A DNA stretch of 64,000 nt from Piromyces finnis finn. Lineage: Eukaryota; Fungi; Neocallimastigomycota. Location: positions 558,001 through 622,000 of the forward strand of contig MCFH01000012.1 in the NCBI GenBank assembly GCA_002104945.1. The letters are read 5' to 3'. Shown one piece after another: positions 60,552-64,000 of this stretch. Below the pieces are notes generated by a model. The model ran no database searches. It worked only from the letters and a program-made list of their open reading frames with translations, and was not told the origin of the DNA. Position numbers and translations under genes: made by a program. Positions within the stretch are counted from its first letter, which is position 1. Each line of letters starts with the position of its first letter.

Positions 60552-61393
60552 CTAACATTCAGAAGCCCATTCATTTTCTCTCTTAATTTGTTCTTCTTCT
60601 TCTGGGGTGAAATCGTTTTCAATATTAAAGATAGCTCTGATTTCTTCTGGCTTCTTACCTCTAATCATATTAGCAATATGTTTACAAGTTAAATTTAAAA
60701 GTGGTTTAATATCCATATAGTTAGCAGCAAGGGTAATGTCAAATAAAACTTCATTAGATTCAATATTCTATTAAATATTTCATTTTTTTTTTGTTTTTGT
60801 TTTTGTTTTTTGATATAAAATAGTTATTTAAAATTTATTTTTCAATTGATATTAAAATTAATTATATAATATAAATATGGTAAAAGAAAAAAATTAAATA
60901 ATAATTAGTTGTTGTTTTTTTAATATATTATGATATTATTATATTTATGTATATTATTTTGTTTATATATATAACATACTTCTAAGTATTTCATATCCCA
61001 ATTACCAATACCAGTGTTACTTCTAGAAATATCTTCTAATTCTTCTTCAATTTCGACTGGGTCGTTACGATGGTATTCACAGTATTCGATAACCTTTATA
61101 TTGCGAAAAGAATTAATAAATAAAAATCAAAATAATATATTAATATTTTCAATATTAAAAAAATATTGAAAAGTAATAGCATATATATTTAAAATATACA
61201 TTATTATTATAATAATAATGATAATGATAGTATTTACCTTTTTTAAAATATCACCAGTAACGTTTGGAAGTGGAATTACGTTATCAGATTCACCAACATC
61301 TTCTAACATATTGTGAAGAAGAACAGACTTTTCGGCAATTTCTTTGTCGACAGTGAAAACTTGGTTATCAGAACTAGATAAAGTGACAGACAT
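60552..61393 (-). CDS. SKP1: Skp1 (SCF ubiquitin-ligase adaptor), 3 exons
   Basis: [13 protein letters not shown]...[30 protein letters not shown]|[11 protein letters not shown]...|[55 protein letters not shown]. Confidence 0.95.
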
Positions 61394-64000
61394 TTTTCTA
61401 TATTATCTTTTGTTTTTAGATGTTTAAAAAGATAATTAAATTTTAAAAAAAAAAAAAAAACTTTAATATTTTAAGCATAAATATAATAATAAATATAGAT
61501 ATACATTGTCTATAGGAAAATAATAATAATTATTATACTATATATTATATTTAATATTATAATAAATATAACTATTTTAACTATTTCCTTTATATATTAA
61601 CACTATATATAATTTATTTTATAAATTGTAATGTGATATCAAAATATATAATATATAATAATCCAGCCTAATATTAGCAAATGAAAATATAAAATAAACT
61701 CTCTGATAATTAACATAATAACAAATTGATATTTTTATTATTTATTTTTATTATTATTCACAAGATAAACAAATTGATTGTCATCCATCTAACTTTATAT
61801 AATTAGCTTGCTTTTTTTCTTTCTCCTTTTTTTTTTTTTTTAATAAACAAAATACATACAGTGTTTTTTTTTATTTATTAAAAAAAAAATTAAAATTTAT
61901 CCTTGTTTATTTAATGCTATTGTTCTTGTTGCTTTTTATCTTATTTTAGGTAATGTTTATAATTTATTAATAAAAAAAATATAAAGAATATTTTATGGTT
62001 GTTTTATATATACACATTTGATACTTTTTTTTTAAACATTATTATTATTACTTTAAAATTTTGTAATATACTTTTTTTTTTTTTCTGTTGTTATTTTGTT
62101 TTACTGTATTTGAAATTAAAATAAAAGAATATTTACGACGTTAAACAATCAAACGGTTTAAACTTTAATTTTTTCTAAATAAAATGTAAATTGTATTTTC
62201 AATTTTTTTTTAAATTTTCTTAAAATATATAAATATAGGAAGAAGAAGAAGAAGAAGAAGAATATAATTTATACTTTTTTTTTCTACTTACAATATTAAA
62301 ACAAAAAAAATAAGTATTTCTCTATTATTCAAAGGAGTTTAACAATCCCTTCTTCTTTATTTACTATCTTTTTTTATTATTATAATAACAAATAATAAAA
62401 TAAAAAAAAAAAAAAAGGAAAAAAAGGAAAAAAAAACTTTATTTAAATAAAAATTAGATGATTAACAATTGAATAATATATAATATATTGTATCAATATA
62501 ATCTAATATATTGAATAATTTAAAAACAAAAATAAACTATACTTTTTTTATTCATAAAAATAAAATGTTCAAACTTTTTTTTTTTTACTAGTGTTGTTAT
62601 TACTATTTGTCATAGTAATAGATAATGCGTTTAAACAGCAATTATTTTCAATAGCATTACTTTAACAAAAAAGAAGTTAATCGCATACATAAAAAAAAAA
62701 AAAAGGTTACCATAACCATCAAAATAATCATGAATCCATATTTCTTAAAAAAATATTTCCTAATGAAATGTTAAATTATTTTTTCCTATATAAAGTTTAT
62801 ATATAATTTTTTTTTAATATTCATGATTTTCAACAACTTTTTATTTATAAAAGGACACTTTTTTTGTGAATAGGATGCAGCAACAGTAATTCAAAAAAAA
62901 AAAAAAAAAAAAAAAAAAACATTTTTATATGTATAATACATTAACATTATATATTTTCAATTTTAAATCCATTTATTTTAATATGAAAATAATATTTATT
63001 TTCAACATTAAAAACAAATTAAAATTCTTTAGAAAAATAAAAAAATACTATTTTAGGAAATAAATAAATAAATTAATTTAATGAAATTACAACCTAACCT
63101 TTTAGAGTAAAAGAATGAAAAAAAAAAAAAAAAGCCTTTTCAAAAAAGGCAGCATTTAAAAGCCTACCTAAATAAAGCATAACAAATATCAACTAAAGGA
63201 TTACTTTTTAGTATTAATACTAACTATTTTATGGAATAATTTTATTAAAATTGAAAATATATCAAGTTTAAATAATAATAATAATTATTTCAATATATAG
63301 GAAAGTTTATTGAATTAAATAGATAAGTAATAGTTTTTAAAGTACCATCGTTGAAAATAAATTTAAACTCTAAAAAAAATGACAATACCATAATATAAAA
63401 TATAATAGTTTTAGTTATGTTTATAAATAGCAAATAAATAATATATGAATTTGTATGTTATTGTTATTTTAACTATATTATTTATTAGTCTTTATGTATA
63501 ATATGAATAATGAATATATTGAATTAATAATATAATATTATATTATTGCTATCTAATATCACACACAAATTTACTTTTAACAATATAAACATATATATAT
63601 ATATATTAAAAGTAAAAAATAGACTATTAAATAATAACTTATTGAGTACAACTTTTTTTTTTTTTTAAAGATTATTCAAAACTTTTATTTTTCTCTTGGA
63701 ATATAGAATAGTCCATGTCTATAATATCTGAGTCATTTTAAGTGGTAAAGTATTTATGGTATATCTGTAATCAGTTATATTTTTGTTCAATATTTTAATT
63801 GTTTAAAACAAAATTATTTCTCATAAAAAATATCAAAATAAAAAATAAATATTTATATAAATAACTACAATCCCTATGAATACTATAAAATAATTTTATA
63901 AATTAATATAGAATCTTTTAATTTCATTTACTAAAATACAAAAGGATTCACTTTTTCAATTTAATGATTTAGTAGTGACTTTTTTAAGAAAAAAATAGAT

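Overview
Very AT-rich eukaryotic DNA with short GT-AG introns, (AAT)n/(TA)n microsatellites and a CotH-fungal dockerin gene, which strongly suggests an anaerobic gut fungus (Neocallimastigomycota). Host genes from left to right: an alpha/beta hydrolase, a beta-helix/EGF/7TM class-C-like GPCR, a low-complexity protein, a bacterial-type Pr6Pr membrane protein, an LmrB-like MFS transporter, a CotH kinase with three dockerins, an Sds3-like subunit, cyclin L, LMBRD2, a glomulin/Ybp1-like protein, Rab7, an SH3 protein and Skp1. The standout is an intronless, frameshift-riddled island (about 44.9-52.3 kb) between Rab7 and the SH3 gene. It carries a decayed trifunctional mRNA capping enzyme (RNA triphosphatase-guanylyltransferase-N7 methyltransferase) of the type encoded by Nucleocytoviricota and yeast cytoplasmic linear plasmids, so it is probably an endogenised viral or virus-like element. 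The island also holds broken ankyrin and secreted-protein genes. Other notable items are a perfect 40-bp inverted-repeat mini-element (7504-7664) and two structured GC-rich intergenic islands. Exon boundaries and cross-frame reconstructions were read by eye; no database searches were run.
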